The position numbers were made by a program, and so were the translations under genes. This document shows, piece by piece, positions 8,874-18,655 of a stretch of 64,000 nt of DNA. The notes below the pieces were generated by a model. That model ran no database searches. It worked only from the letters and a program-made list of their open reading frames with translations, and had not been told where the DNA came from. The number at the start of each line of letters is the position of its first letter. The first letter of the stretch is position 1. The stretch is from Pseudomonadota bacterium (GTDB taxonomy: Bacteria > Pseudomonadota > Alphaproteobacteria > Caulobacterales > Hyphomonadaceae), in contig JBCCGB010000011.1 of NCBI GenBank assembly GCA_039029475.1, positions 64,264 to 128,263 of the forward strand, written 5' to 3'.

Positions 8874-10037
8874 ATGTCTGAAGTCCTCGATGTGCCACCA
8901 TCTGCATGGCGACAGGATGAGGAGATCAAGATCTTCAATGACGCGGTCGAGCAATTCTTTGTCAGAGAGCTGAAACCGCATGTTGAAGACTGGCGCGAAG
9001 CTGGCGCCGTACCGCGCGAGGTCTGGTATCAGGCGGCGGAGCAAGGCTTGTTGCTGGTCTCGGCACCTGAGGAATATGGCGGCGCCGGCGGCGATTTTCG
9101 ACATGATGCTGTGATCATTGAGCAGCTTGAAAAACAAGGCATTGCTGGTTTCGGCATCGGTTTACACAATGCCATCGTCGCGCCTTACATCATTCATTAC
9201 GGTTCGGACGAACAGAAACAGCGTCTGCTGCCCAAGCTGGCGTCAGGCGAGCTGGTCTGTGCCATCGCGATGACCGAGCCGGGTACAGGGTCTGATCTCC
9301 AGAACATCAAGACCACCGCCAAGAAAGATGGCAATGGCTATGTCATCAATGGATCTAAGACCTTTATTACCAATGGTCAGACCGCCAATCTGGTTCTGGT
9401 CTGTGCCAAGACCGATCCAAGCAAAGGCGCCAAAGGCATTTCGATCATGATGGTCGAAACCGACGAGGTCGAAGGGTTTGAGCGCGGCCGCAATCTGAAA
9501 AAGATTGGTCAGCCCGCCGCAGACACATCAGAGCTTTTCTTCAATGACGTGAAAGTGCCAGCTTCGGCTTTGCTTGGCCCGGAAGAAGGCCAGGGCTTTA
9601 TTCAGCTGATGCAGCAGCTCCCGCAGGAGCGCCATATTATCGGCATTCAGGGCATTGGCATGATTGAACGGGCGATCAAGGAGACGGTGGCCTATGTCAA
9701 ACAGCGCAAAGCGTTTGGCGGCACGATCATGGATTTCCAGAACACACAATTCAAATTGGCGGAATGCAAGACCGAAGCGACAGTGGCGAAAGTCTTTGCC
9801 GACCATTGCACTGAACTTCTGCTGAAAGGCGAGCTGGATGCGTCGACTGCGTCCATGTCGAAATACTGGATCTCAGACCTGCAATGCAAGATCATTGATG
9901 AATGTCTGCAGCTGCATGGCGGCTGGGGCTATATGGATGAATATCCGATTGGCCAGATGTACCAGGATGCCCGCGTTCAGCGCATCTATGGCGGCGCCAA
10001 TGAAGTGATGAAAATGCTGATTGCGAGGACGCTTTAA
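8874..10037 (+). CDS. Acyl-CoA dehydrogenase (long-chain type, ~390 aa)
   Basis: AIAMTEPGTGSDLQ; INGSKTFITNG; QLHGGWGYMDEY; RVQRIYGGANEVMK. Confidence 0.93.
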   Translation: MSEVLDVPPSAWRQDEEIKIFNDAVEQFFVRELKPHVEDWREAGAVPREVWYQAAEQGLLLVSAPEEYGGAGGDFRHDAVIIEQLEKQGIAGFGIGLHNAIVAPYIIHYGSDEQKQRLLPKLASGELVCAIAMTEPGTGSDLQNIKTTAKKDGNGYVINGSKTFITNGQTANLVLVCAKTDPSKGAKGISIMMVETDEVEGFERGRNLKKIGQPAADTSELFFNDVKVPASALLGPEEGQGFIQLMQQLPQERHIIGIQGIGMIERAIKETVAYVKQRKAFGGTIMDFQNTQFKLAECKTEATVAKVFADHCTELLLKGELDASTASMSKYWISDLQCKIIDECLQLHGGWGYMDEYPIGQMYQDARVQRIYGGANEVMKMLIARTL

Positions 10038-10038
10038 T

Positions 10039-10467
10039 TTGCCAGACAGCCATCTCCTCACCGAAACCTTCCCGCAGCCTGCCGAGAGTTCGCTCTCGCT
10101 TGGGTTCAAGCTGGTTTCTCTGGACATGAGCAAAATGGAAACCCGCGTCGCCTTTGACGGCAAACAGGAATTCACCAATCCGGCGGGCTATATTCAGGGC
10201 GGATATCTGTCGGCGATGCTGGACGATACGATTGGCATGCTGGCGACGGTAAAATCCGGCAACCGCGCCTTTCCATCGACGATTGACCTGCACACAACCT
10301 TTTTACGACCTGTGAGAGTCGGCGCGATTGAAGTGTTCGCACGGCTTCGCAACATTGGTCGACAAGTAATTTTTGCGGAAGCTGATCTTTATGACTCGCG
10401 CGGCAAGGAAGCTGCGCGTGCCAGAGCTTCGCTCGCCATCAACCCGATGAAGGCGCCCGCAAAATGA
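10039..10467 (+). CDS. PaaI-family (hotdog) thioesterase
   Basis: FTNPAGYIQGGYLSAMLDD hotdog motif and DLHTTFLRPV. The start is uncertain: TTG at 10039 just after the upstream stop is preferred over the track start at 10021. Confidence 0.85.
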   Translation: MPDSHLLTETFPQPAESSLSLGFKLVSLDMSKMETRVAFDGKQEFTNPAGYIQGGYLSAMLDDTIGMLATVKSGNRAFPSTIDLHTTFLRPVRVGAIEVFARLRNIGRQVIFAEADLYDSRGKEAARARASLAINPMKAPAK

Positions 10468-10501
10468 TGAGATTAACGCGTTTAAACAGGAGAAACCTCC
10501 C

Positions 10502-11707
10502 ATGACTGAAGCCTATATTTATGACGCTGTGCGGACCCCGCGCGGCAAAGGCAAAAAATCTGGCAGCTTGCACGAAATCACGGCGCTGGAATTGTCGACC
10601 CAGACACTGGAAGCCATTCGCGATCGCAATGATCTCGACACCAAATATGTTGATGATGTCGTCCTTGGTTGTGTCTCGCCCGTCGGCGAGCAGGGCGGCG
10701 ATATTGCCCGCATCGCAGTGCTTAACGCGGATTATGCCGAGACCACAGCCGGGGTCCAGGTTGACCGGTTTTGCGCCTCGGGCCTGGAAGCTTGCAACAT
10801 GGCCGCCGCGAAAGTGATGACCGGCGAAGCCGATATGGCGATTGGTGGCGGCATTGAAAGCATGAGCCGCGTGCCAATGGGTGCCGCGGGCGGCGCTTGG
10901 TCGTCGGATCCTCAAATCGCGCTGAAATCCTACTTCTCGCCGCAAGGCGTGGGCGCCGATACGATTGCCACCAAGTGGGGCTTCTCGCGCGATGATGTGG
11001 ATGCCTATGCGGTTGAATCACAACAGCGCGCAGCCCGTGCCTGGAAAGAAAGCCGCTTCTCCAAATCCATCATCGCGGTCAAAGACCAGATGGGCGGCAC
11101 GCAGCTCGATCATGATGAACATATGCGTCCCGATGCCGACATGCAGAGCCTGGCAGCGCTCAATCCGAGTTTTGCTGGCATGGGCGCCATGGGTTTTGAT
11201 GAAGTCATCAAGCAACGGTATCCAGAGCTGGAAGCGATCAATCATGTCCACCATGCCGGAAATTCTTCCGGCATTGTTGACGGTGCATCTGCGGTTCTGT
11301 TCGGCTCTAAAGAAATGGGCGAAAAGCTCGGCCTCAAGCCGCGTGCTCGCGTCAAGCAAATGGCGTCAATCGGTTCTGAGCCAGGCATCATGCTCACCGG
11401 CCCGACGGACGTCACGCTGAAAGCGTTGAAGAAAGCCGGAATGGATGTCGGCGATATTGATCTATACGAGCTGAATGAAGCCTTTGCCTCTGTACCGATG
11501 CTGATGATGCACCTGCTCGGTATTGATCATGACAAGATGAACGTGAATGGCGGCGCGATTGCGATGGGTCACCCGCTCGGGGCGACCGGTGGCATGCTGC
11601 TCGGCACCATGGTCGATGAGCTTGAGCGCGCCGACAAGGAAACCGCTCTGGTCACGCTCTGCGTTGGTGCCGGGATGGGCACCGCAACAATTATCGAGCG
11701 CGTCTAA
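10502..11707 (+). CDS. fadA: Acetyl-CoA C-acyltransferase (thiolase, FadA-like)
   Basis: DAVRTPRGK; RFCASGLEA (catalytic Cys); NEAFA; GHPLGATG; LCVGAGMG. Confidence 0.93.
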   Translation: MTEAYIYDAVRTPRGKGKKSGSLHEITALELSTQTLEAIRDRNDLDTKYVDDVVLGCVSPVGEQGGDIARIAVLNADYAETTAGVQVDRFCASGLEACNMAAAKVMTGEADMAIGGGIESMSRVPMGAAGGAWSSDPQIALKSYFSPQGVGADTIATKWGFSRDDVDAYAVESQQRAARAWKESRFSKSIIAVKDQMGGTQLDHDEHMRPDADMQSLAALNPSFAGMGAMGFDEVIKQRYPELEAINHVHHAGNSSGIVDGASAVLFGSKEMGEKLGLKPRARVKQMASIGSEPGIMLTGPTDVTLKALKKAGMDVGDIDLYELNEAFASVPMLMMHLLGIDHDKMNVNGGAIAMGHPLGATGGMLLGTMVDELERADKETALVTLCVGAGMGTATIIERV

Positions 11708-11710
11708 ATC

Positions 11711-11899
11711 GTGAAAAAGGGGTCAGTGCTTCCCATCGGCATCGGTGCCGGCGTCGCGATTGGCGCGGGCATTGGAGCTGCAACTGGCGATCTCGCCATT
11801 TGGTTGCCGCTTGGCATTTCGATCGGCGCGGCGCTTGGCGTCGTGTTCGCTTCAGCTGGCTCTGACTCAAACCCGGATAACTCTGACGAGGGTGAATAG
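11711..11899 (+). CDS. Small glycine-zipper membrane protein (62 aa)
   Basis: GTG start 3 nt after the thiolase stop; GIGAGVAIGAGIGAATG...GISIGAALGVVF (two GxxxG-rich helices) and an acidic tail; fills the gap before fadJ. Confidence 0.65.
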   Translation: MKKGSVLPIGIGAGVAIGAGIGAATGDLAIWLPLGISIGAALGVVFASAGSDSNPDNSDEGE

Positions 11900-11919
11900 C
11901 CCCGCAAGGAAATAGTAAA

Positions 11920-14157
11920 ATGAACCTCGAAACATTCTCTTTCGATATTGATGGTGACGGTATCGCACACGCTGTGTTCGATGTGCCAGGCCGCAGCATG
12001 AACACGCTGACCGGCAAAGCCATTGCAGACATTATCGCGATCACCAAGGAAGTCGCGACCAATGACAAGATTACCGGCCTGGTGATTTCTTCTGGCAAAC
12101 CCTCCGGCTTTTGTGCGGGTGCGGACCTTGGCGAGATGAATGAGAGCGCCGGCAGTGGCGGCAAGCCGGAAGCGGAAATGTCCGAAGCCGAGCTCAAAGC
12201 CAAACAGTTCGAGCGCGGTTTCTCGCTCAACAAAACACTACGCGAACTGGAAACGTGCGGAAAACCGATTGCGGTTGCGCTGGACGGATTGGCGCTGGGC
12301 GGCGGTCTCGAAGTGGCGCTTGCGGGGCACTACCGCGTGGCCGCGAATGACAATCCAAAAATTCAGTTCGGACTGCCGGAAGCCAAGATTGGTTTGCTGC
12401 CCGGGGCTGGCGGCACACAGCGCCTGCCGCGTCTGATTGGCGTTCAGGAAGCCCTGCCGCTGATTCTGCAAGGCAAGAGCTTTAACGCTGAGAAAGCCCA
12501 TAAAATGGGCGTCGTGAACGAACTCGCACCAAAAAGCGACACGGTTGCGAAGTGTAAGGCATGGATCAAAGCCAACCCGGACGCGAAAGCGCCTTGGGAT
12601 GAAAAAGGCTTCAAGATGCCCGGCGGTGTCGTCCACCGCGCGCCAGGGGCGGGCCAGGTTGCGACCATGTCAAACGCCATGCTGGCGGCCAACACATATG
12701 GCAATTATCCGGCCCAGAAGAACATCTTGTCTTGCGTCTACGAAGGCACACAGGTGCCGATCGATGCCGGCTTGCGGATTGAAACGCGCTATTTCATCAA
12801 CACTCAGCAGCGGCCGGAAGCGAAAGCCATGATCCGCTCGCTCTTCCTGTCGATGCAGGAATTGTCCAAGGGTGGCAATCGCCCGGCGGGATATGCGAAG
12901 ACCGAGTTCAAAAAGATCGCCGTCATTGGCGCAGGTCTGATGGGCGCAGGGATCGCTTATGTTCAGGCCAAGGCCGGTATCCCTACGGTGCTCGTCGATG
13001 TTTCCAAGGAGAATGCCGAAAAGGGTAAGGACTATTCGCGTCGCTTGGTCGAGAAAGATCTGTCTCGCGGCAAGACGACCCAGGAAAAGGGCGAGAAGCT
13101 GCTCGACCTGATCACCACCACGGATTCGTATGACGACGTCAAAGGCGCTGACCTGGTGGTCGAAGCGGTGTTTGAAAACCCCGAGCTGAAAGCCAAGATC
13201 ACCAAAATGGCGGAAGATGTGTTGAGCGCGGATGCCGTGTTCGGATCGAACACGTCGACACTGCCGATTACCGGGCTCGCAGAAGCATCACAGCGCCCAG
13301 AAAACTTTATCGGCATCCACTTCTTCTCACCGGTTGAGCGAATGGGTCTTGTTGAGATCATCACGGGTGAAAAGACCAGTGAGGAAACACTCGCCAAGTC
13401 GATCGATTATGTTCTGGCGATCCGTAAGACGCCAATTGTGGTCAATGATAGCCGCGGCTTCTACACGTCACGCTGCTTCGGCACCTATACCCAGGAAGGT
13501 ATGGCGATGCTGGCGGAAGGCATCAAGCCTGCGATTATCGAGAATGTCGGCCGTCAATCCGGTATGCCGATGGGGGCTTTGGAAGTCTCTGATTCTGTCG
13601 GTCTCGACACAGCGTTGAAAGTTGGACGTCAGATGGCCCAGGCTGCCGGCGTTGATTATGACAGCAATGAGCTCGGTCAGATGATGGCCTGGCTGGTCGA
13701 GGATCAGGGCCGGGTTGGCCGTAAAGCGGGCAAAGGCTTTTACGATTACAATGAGAAGGGCAAACCATCTCGTCTGTGGCCGGACCTGAACACCCGTATC
13801 GATGTCACCGTCGATGAATGTCCGCCAGAATTGAAAAAGCATCTGACCAATCGCTTCCTGGTCCGCCAGGCGGTCGAAGTTGCGCGCTGCTTTGAAGAAG
13901 GCGTGATTACCGATGCCCGTGACGCCGATATTGGCTCAATCCTCGCCTGGGGTTTTGCGCCTTATACGGGCGGATGCGCATCCTATATGGATTTGATCTG
14001 GGGCATCCCGGAATTCGTTGCCGAAGCCGATGCGTTGGCCGAGAAATATGGCGACCGGTTCAAGGTGCCACAATTGTTGCGCGACATGGCGGCGAATGGC
14101 GAGACGTTCTATTCGCGCTTCCCGCCCGGCGGCGTCAAAGAAAAAGCGGCTGCATAG
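11920..14157 (+). CDS. fadJ: Fatty-acid oxidation complex subunit alpha (enoyl-CoA hydratase / 3-hydroxyacyl-CoA dehydrogenase)
   Basis: FCAGADL, ALGGGLEVAL and FGLPEAKIGLLPGAGGTQRLPRLIG (hydratase); VIGAGLMGAGIA, SNTSTLPI and GIHFFSP (dehydrogenase). Confidence 0.92.
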   Translation: MNLETFSFDIDGDGIAHAVFDVPGRSMNTLTGKAIADIIAITKEVATNDKITGLVISSGKPSGFCAGADLGEMNESAGSGGKPEAEMSEAELKAKQFERGFSLNKTLRELETCGKPIAVALDGLALGGGLEVALAGHYRVAANDNPKIQFGLPEAKIGLLPGAGGTQRLPRLIGVQEALPLILQGKSFNAEKAHKMGVVNELAPKSDTVAKCKAWIKANPDAKAPWDEKGFKMPGGVVHRAPGAGQVATMSNAMLAANTYGNYPAQKNILSCVYEGTQVPIDAGLRIETRYFINTQQRPEAKAMIRSLFLSMQELSKGGNRPAGYAKTEFKKIAVIGAGLMGAGIAYVQAKAGIPTVLVDVSKENAEKGKDYSRRLVEKDLSRGKTTQEKGEKLLDLITTTDSYDDVKGADLVVEAVFENPELKAKITKMAEDVLSADAVFGSNTSTLPITGLAEASQRPENFIGIHFFSPVERMGLVEIITGEKTSEETLAKSIDYVLAIRKTPIVVNDSRGFYTSRCFGTYTQEGMAMLAEGIKPAIIENVGRQSGMPMGALEVSDSVGLDTALKVGRQMAQAAGVDYDSNELGQMMAWLVEDQGRVGRKAGKGFYDYNEKGKPSRLWPDLNTRIDVTVDECPPELKKHLTNRFLVRQAVEVARCFEEGVITDARDADIGSILAWGFAPYTGGCASYMDLIWGIPEFVAEADALAEKYGDRFKVPQLLRDMAANGETFYSRFPPGGVKEKAAA

Positions 14158-14186
14158 GCGCAACCGCTCTTTCATTTCAAAAAACA

Positions 14187-14213
14187 AAGGCCGGAGCATT
14201 CAGCTCCGGCCTT
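14187..14213. terminator. Bidirectional rho-independent terminator between fadJ and the OmpA gene
   Basis: AAGGCCGGAGC-attca-GCTCCGGCCTT flanked by an A-run upstream and CTTTTT downstream. Confidence 0.85.
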
Positions 14214-14221
14214 CTTTTTGG

Positions 14222-14857
14222 TCAGGCGCCGTCTTCAACAATAGGCGTGAGAAGGATCTCAACGCGACGATTGGCGACACGGCCGGCCTGCGTGGAATTG
14301 TCGGCAATGGGCTGGGTTTCGCCCATGCCGATAGCGCGCAAGCGGACAGATTGCACACCACTATTGACCAGATATGACTGCACCGAGGTCGCGCGCCGCT
14401 CAGACAGATCCTGGTTATAGACATCCGATCCATCGGAACTCGCGTGTCCCACGACGTCGACCGCCGTGCTTGGATACTCGATCAAAGTCGTGCCGACTTC
14501 GTCCAGTGGACCATAAAAGTCGCCTTTGATCGCAGCGCTATTGACGTCAAAAGTAATGCCAGATGGCATGGTCAAAGCGATTTGATCCCCGACACGCTGC
14601 ACTTCAATGCCCGTGCCTTCGGTTTGGCGACGCAACTCTTCTTCCTGTTTGTCCATATAGACGCCAACAGCCGCGCCGGCGATGCCGCCGACGACCGCAC
14701 CAATGGCGGCGTTCCGCTTGTCATCGCCGCCAGCCATCATACCAACGCCAGCGCCGATGATGGCGCCGCCGGCAGTGGAGCCTAGCGTGCGATTTGAAAC
14801 GTTTTGACAGCCAGCAAGAAGCGCTGCTGCCGCAAGAACAGTGAGGGTGGATTTCAT
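14222..14857 (-). CDS. OmpA-family outer-membrane lipoprotein with glycine zipper (YiaD-like)
   Basis: Lipobox LAGC; GAIIGAGVG...GAVVGGIAGAAVG; OmpA C-terminal motifs ITFDVNSA, VVGHASSDG, NQDLSERRA, GMGETQP, NRRVEI. Confidence 0.92.
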   Translation of the reverse strand: MKSTLTVLAAAALLAGCQNVSNRTLGSTAGGAIIGAGVGMMAGGDDKRNAAIGAVVGGIAGAAVGVYMDKQEEELRRQTEGTGIEVQRVGDQIALTMPSGITFDVNSAAIKGDFYGPLDEVGTTLIEYPSTAVDVVGHASSDGSDVYNQDLSERRATSVQSYLVNSGVQSVRLRAIGMGETQPIADNSTQAGRVANRRVEILLTPIVEDGA

Positions 14858-14970
14858 TTAGAAGCTCCCCAGTTGCGTGGCTAGAACGCCACTAGATGAT
14901 GATTTCGCCAAGTGAATTAATCGCAATCCGCTTGGCTATTCGCCCTATGAAAGAGCAGGACGACGGATTT

Positions 14971-14986
14971 TTGACTTACGCGTCAG
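14971..14986. promoter_or_regulatory. LiuR-like box in the divergent ompA/lolA intergenic region
   Basis: TTGACTTACGCGTCAG, 13/16 identical to the box upstream of etfB (TTGACGTTAGCGTCAG). Confidence 0.55.
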
Positions 14987-15167
14987 GGTTTTATCCTTTT
15001 CAAAATTAGTGTGAAAAATTTTCCACAATATCGGTACCCTAGCCAGGCCATTCTGAACCGAGGGCAACTGAACCAGAAGCAACGAAAACAGGCGCAAATG
15101 CCTTGATTCAGCCCTGTTTTTGTTGCGCCAAAGCGCTTATGTGAAAGCCTGAAAGAGGAGCACTCTT

Positions 15168-16073
15168 ATGGTTATGGGACTGGTATCAACAATCGCAATC
15201 GCGCTGGCCTTCGGGCCGCAATTGCACGTCACTCTGCAAGCCGTGGTTGATGAAGCTGTTGAACAACCGGCGACAATTGAGGCGCCGGTGTCGGATGCAA
15301 TCGAGACACCGGTCGAGACACAGGACGTCGCGGGCGAGCCACAAAGTCCGGCCAAAGAAAATCAAGCTGATGCCTTGCCAGTGATGGAAGAGACCGTGAT
15401 CACACCTGTGTCGGATCCTGACCGGATTGTCGACATGCCGGTCGAGGAAGACGCGGAGCCAGCGGCTGACACCGCTTTGGGTGAGACTGATCCCGCCCCG
15501 ATACCGGTGCCGAGCGGCGCGGTACCAGAGGCAGAATGGCCGGCAATTCTCGCGGATGCGAGCGATGCGCTGGCAGCCGCCCGAACGGCACGTGGCGCGT
15601 TTATCCAAAGCAATGCCGATGGCAGTGTTGTGACCGGCAGTTTTGCCCTGAACCGCCCCGGTCGCATGCGGTTTGACTATGATGATCCAACGCCGATCCT
15701 GATCGTTTCTGACGGCACCACTGTGGCCATCGAGGATCGCGAACTGGACACCGTTGATCGGGTTCCGATCGGGACCACGCCGCTTGGATTATTGTTGTCG
15801 ACCCGTCTGAATGTCGAAGCCGATGTCGATGTGCTCGGTATTATGCAACGCGGCGACGATATCGGCATTCGTGTGCGCGATGCCAGCGGCGAGCTGGATG
15901 GCACCCTGACCATGGTCTTTGACAAAGCCACTTATGCGCTGAAAGGTTGGCTGACGATTGATGGCAATGAACAGACCACGGTTGTCGATCTCATGGATGT
16001 CGAAACCAATATCCGGATCGATCCGCGCCAGTTTCGTCTGAATGAAGACGATGAGGATGAAGACGAGCGCTAG
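15168..16073 (+). CDS. lolA: Outer-membrane lipoprotein carrier LolA with a long acidic N-terminal extension
   Basis: GAFIQ...GSFALNRPGRMRFDYDDPTPILIVSDGTTV LolA motifs; signal peptide followed by ~90 aa of E/D/P/A-rich sequence; GAGGAG RBS. Confidence 0.85.
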   Translation: MVMGLVSTIAIALAFGPQLHVTLQAVVDEAVEQPATIEAPVSDAIETPVETQDVAGEPQSPAKENQADALPVMEETVITPVSDPDRIVDMPVEEDAEPAADTALGETDPAPIPVPSGAVPEAEWPAILADASDALAAARTARGAFIQSNADGSVVTGSFALNRPGRMRFDYDDPTPILIVSDGTTVAIEDRELDTVDRVPIGTTPLGLLLSTRLNVEADVDVLGIMQRGDDIGIRVRDASGELDGTLTMVFDKATYALKGWLTIDGNEQTTVVDLMDVETNIRIDPRQFRLNEDDEDEDER

Positions 16074-16090
16074 TCGAACACGATTAAGAA

Positions 16091-16121
16091 AAAGCCGGAT
16101 CGTATAAAACGATCCGGCTTT
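16091..16121. terminator. Stem-loop terminator after lolA
   Basis: AAAGCCGGATCGT-ataaa-ACGATCCGGCTTT, perfect 13-bp stem. Confidence 0.8.
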
Positions 16122-16217
16122 GGCTTGGTCCGCGCACGTCCCCACGACTCACGTGAACTCTTTTTTGAAACCATTAAGCAACTGCGATTGCTAAATATTT
16201 TGGCTTCGTTAGGTTTT

Positions 16218-16234
16218 ACATACCAGTGGTATGT
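16218..16234. promoter_or_regulatory. Candidate TetR operator
   Basis: Perfect palindrome ACATACCA-G-TGGTATGT, 30 bp upstream of the TetR ATG. Confidence 0.7.
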
Positions 16235-16263
16235 GGTGGGTCAACTAGAAATCTTACGTTGCG

Positions 16264-16854
16264 ATGGCGAAACGTTCAAGAATTGATGCAAAAAAGACAC
16301 GCGAAGACTTGGTCCGCGCCGCGACAAGACGGTTTACGGACAAAGGTTATGGCGACACATCCATCAAGGATATTTGCCAAGACCTTGGCATCACAAAAGG
16401 GGCATTGTTCCACCATTTCCGGACCAAGCAGGACTTATTTCTCGAAGCCTGGACACGATTGCAAATGGCCATGGATGCGGAAGCGCGGACAGCGGCAATC
16501 GCGGCGCGAAGCCTGACTGATCCGTACAGCGCGTTCCTGGCCGGGTGTCAGGTCTATTTAAAATACGCCACCCGGAAGGATTACCAGAAAATCGTGCTGA
16601 TCGATGGTCCGGCCATTCTCGGTCTGCAAGGATGGTATGAAAGTGATCACGATCTCGGCACCCAGAATGTCGAGGCGGGAGTGCGCTATCTGGCCAAGAA
16701 AGGCATTGTCGCCGAGCACCGCGTCAGCGCGCTCGCTGTGATGATCCAAAGCGCCTTGAATGGCGCCGGGTTCGCGTTGGCCCGCAAAAATTCCGGCATC
16801 ACCGCAAAGGGCGTCTATGACGCATTCGAGGTCATGGTCAAAAGCCTGCGCTAG
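16264..16854 (+). CDS. TetR/AcrR-family transcriptional regulator
   Basis: [39 protein letters not shown]. Confidence 0.9.
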   Translation: MAKRSRIDAKKTREDLVRAATRRFTDKGYGDTSIKDICQDLGITKGALFHHFRTKQDLFLEAWTRLQMAMDAEARTAAIAARSLTDPYSAFLAGCQVYLKYATRKDYQKIVLIDGPAILGLQGWYESDHDLGTQNVEAGVRYLAKKGIVAEHRVSALAVMIQSALNGAGFALARKNSGITAKGVYDAFEVMVKSLR

Positions 16855-18023
16855 GCTGACATCAGGTTCATGAAGCGCTGAAACAGATAGAAACTGTCTT
16901 GTGGGCCGGGGCTGGCTTCAGGGTGGTGCTGCACGGAAATGATCGGCTTGCCAGCCACTTTCAATCCTGAATTGGTGCCGTCAAACAAAGAGCGATGGCT
17001 CTCCTCGACGCCCGCCGGCAAGCTTTCAGGGTCGACTGTGAAGCCGTGATTCATCGATACAATTTCGACTTTTCCAGTTTCGAGATCTTTCACCGGATGG
17101 TTTGCGCCATGGTGACCCTGGGCCATTTTCATGGTTTTCGCGCCCAATGTCAGAGCCAGCAATTGGTGCCCCAGGCAGATGCCGAGCAGTGGTAACCCGC
17201 TGGCGACCAATGCCTGCAACACGGGCCCGGCGCGCTCATAAGTTGCAGCGGGATCGCCAGGGCCATTCGACAATACCACACCATCTGGATGGAGCGCTTG
17301 TATGGTTTCGAAACTTGTATCGCCATTCACCACGGTCGCGCGCGCGCCGACATCCGCGAGATTTCGCAGAATGTTCTTTTTGACCCCGAAATCGACCACA
17401 ACAACGTGTTTTTGCGGCGTGGTTTGGTCTGTAAAACCGGTGCCGAGCGCCCATAGCCGCTCTGAATGGTCGAACTTTGCGTCGGCATCGACATTTGCCG
17501 CCAGATCCGCCGCTTCCAGACCTTGCCAGGCTTGTGCCGCTTTGATCAAGGCGTCGGTGTCAATTTGCCCGTCCGGGGCATATTGGATGGCACATTTTTG
17601 CATACCTTGTTCGCGTATCAAGCGAGTGAGCGCGCGCGTATCGACGCCAGAAAGGCCAACAATGCCCTTTTTTACGAGCCAGGCGTCGAAATGATCCTCT
17701 GCGCGCCAATTCGAAGGCGGGGTGATGGCGTCCCGAAATACCGTTCCAACGGCGGCTTTTGCAGCATTAACGCTAGATTCTTCGTGATCGTCGGGGTTTG
17801 CGCCGACATTTCCGATATGAGGAAATGTGAACAATACAACTTGTGAGGCATATGACGGATCTGTCAGAATTTCCTGATACCCGGTCATGGCCGTGTTGAA
17901 ACATAGTTCGCCGACAGCAATTCCGACGCTGCCGGTGCCGATTCCGAGGAAAACTGTACCATCTGCAAGGGCCAGGGCACCACTCGCCTGTCTGGTGAAA
18001 TCGGATTGATTTTTGTTGTTCAT
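16851..18023 (-). CDS. carA: Carbamoyl-phosphate synthase small subunit
   Basis: [21 protein letters not shown]; LSNGPGDP; LGICLGHQ; [14 protein letters not shown]. Confidence 0.97.
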   Translation of the reverse strand: MNNKNQSDFTRQASGALALADGTVFLGIGTGSVGIAVGELCFNTAMTGYQEILTDPSYASQVVLFTFPHIGNVGANPDDHEESSVNAAKAAVGTVFRDAITPPSNWRAEDHFDAWLVKKGIVGLSGVDTRALTRLIREQGMQKCAIQYAPDGQIDTDALIKAAQAWQGLEAADLAANVDADAKFDHSERLWALGTGFTDQTTPQKHVVVVDFGVKKNILRNLADVGARATVVNGDTSFETIQALHPDGVVLSNGPGDPAATYERAGPVLQALVASGLPLLGICLGHQLLALTLGAKTMKMAQGHHGANHPVKDLETGKVEIVSMNHGFTVDPESLPAGVEESHRSLFDGTNSGLKVAGKPIISVQHHPEASPGPQDSFYLFQRFMNLMSA

Positions 18024-18166
18024 GCCCTTACCTCCGTTGTTTCGCTGGACTCACGTCCACGCGGTTGCCTTAACGGTTTCGCAGGCAAACGGGTGGCAAA
18101 TAGGGTGCTGCGGCCGGAACCGTCAAGCGGTTTTGGAGGAGAAAAGCGGCTTTTCGAGGCGTTCAT

Positions 18167-18655
18167 ATGGGTCAATTGGATCAAACCGTCCAAGTCACAC
18201 TAAGAAATCGCATTAATACTGCGCTCGACACAGCTGAGTCGGACGATGCGAATGGTGTGGTTGCGCAGACTTTGCGCCTGGTGAAATGCGCGATGGATGA
18301 TCGCGATGTGATCGCACGCAGCCGCGGTGAGTGTGGTGGCTGTGATGACGAAGTGATTGCCGAGCTGCTGGAAACCATGGTGAGTTTGCGCGAGCAGTCG
18401 ATCAAACAATATGATGATGCCGGCCGCATCGTAGATGCCGAGAGAGAACGCGAAGAACTCGACGTCATCGCGAATTTTCTTCCGAAGCCACTGGCCGGTG
18501 AAGACCTGAATGTCGCGGCAGAGACCGTAGTGCGCGAACTGCACGCGCAAAAGCTGAAAGACATTGGTCGCTGTATGTCGGCGCTGCGCCAGAAATATCC
18601 CGGCCGGATCGAATGTGGGCCGGCCAGCAAGGCTGTTCGCGCAGCGATAGGCTAG
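18167..18655 (+). CDS. GatB/YqeY domain protein
   Basis: TLRLVKCAM; REQSIKQYDDAGR..AERE.EELDVIANFLPKPL; KDIGRCMSAL; divergent from carA as in the conserved alphaproteobacterial carA/yqeY/dnaG/rpoD block. Confidence 0.85.
   Translation: MGQLDQTVQVTLRNRINTALDTAESDDANGVVAQTLRLVKCAMDDRDVIARSRGECGGCDDEVIAELLETMVSLREQSIKQYDDAGRIVDAEREREELDVIANFLPKPLAGEDLNVAAETVVRELHAQKLKDIGRCMSALRQKYPGRIECGPASKAVRAAIG

Noticed and set aside
10473-10485. TTAA-cgcgt-TTAA upstream of the thiolase as a CtrA box
   Set aside because: The spacer is 5 nt, not the required 7.
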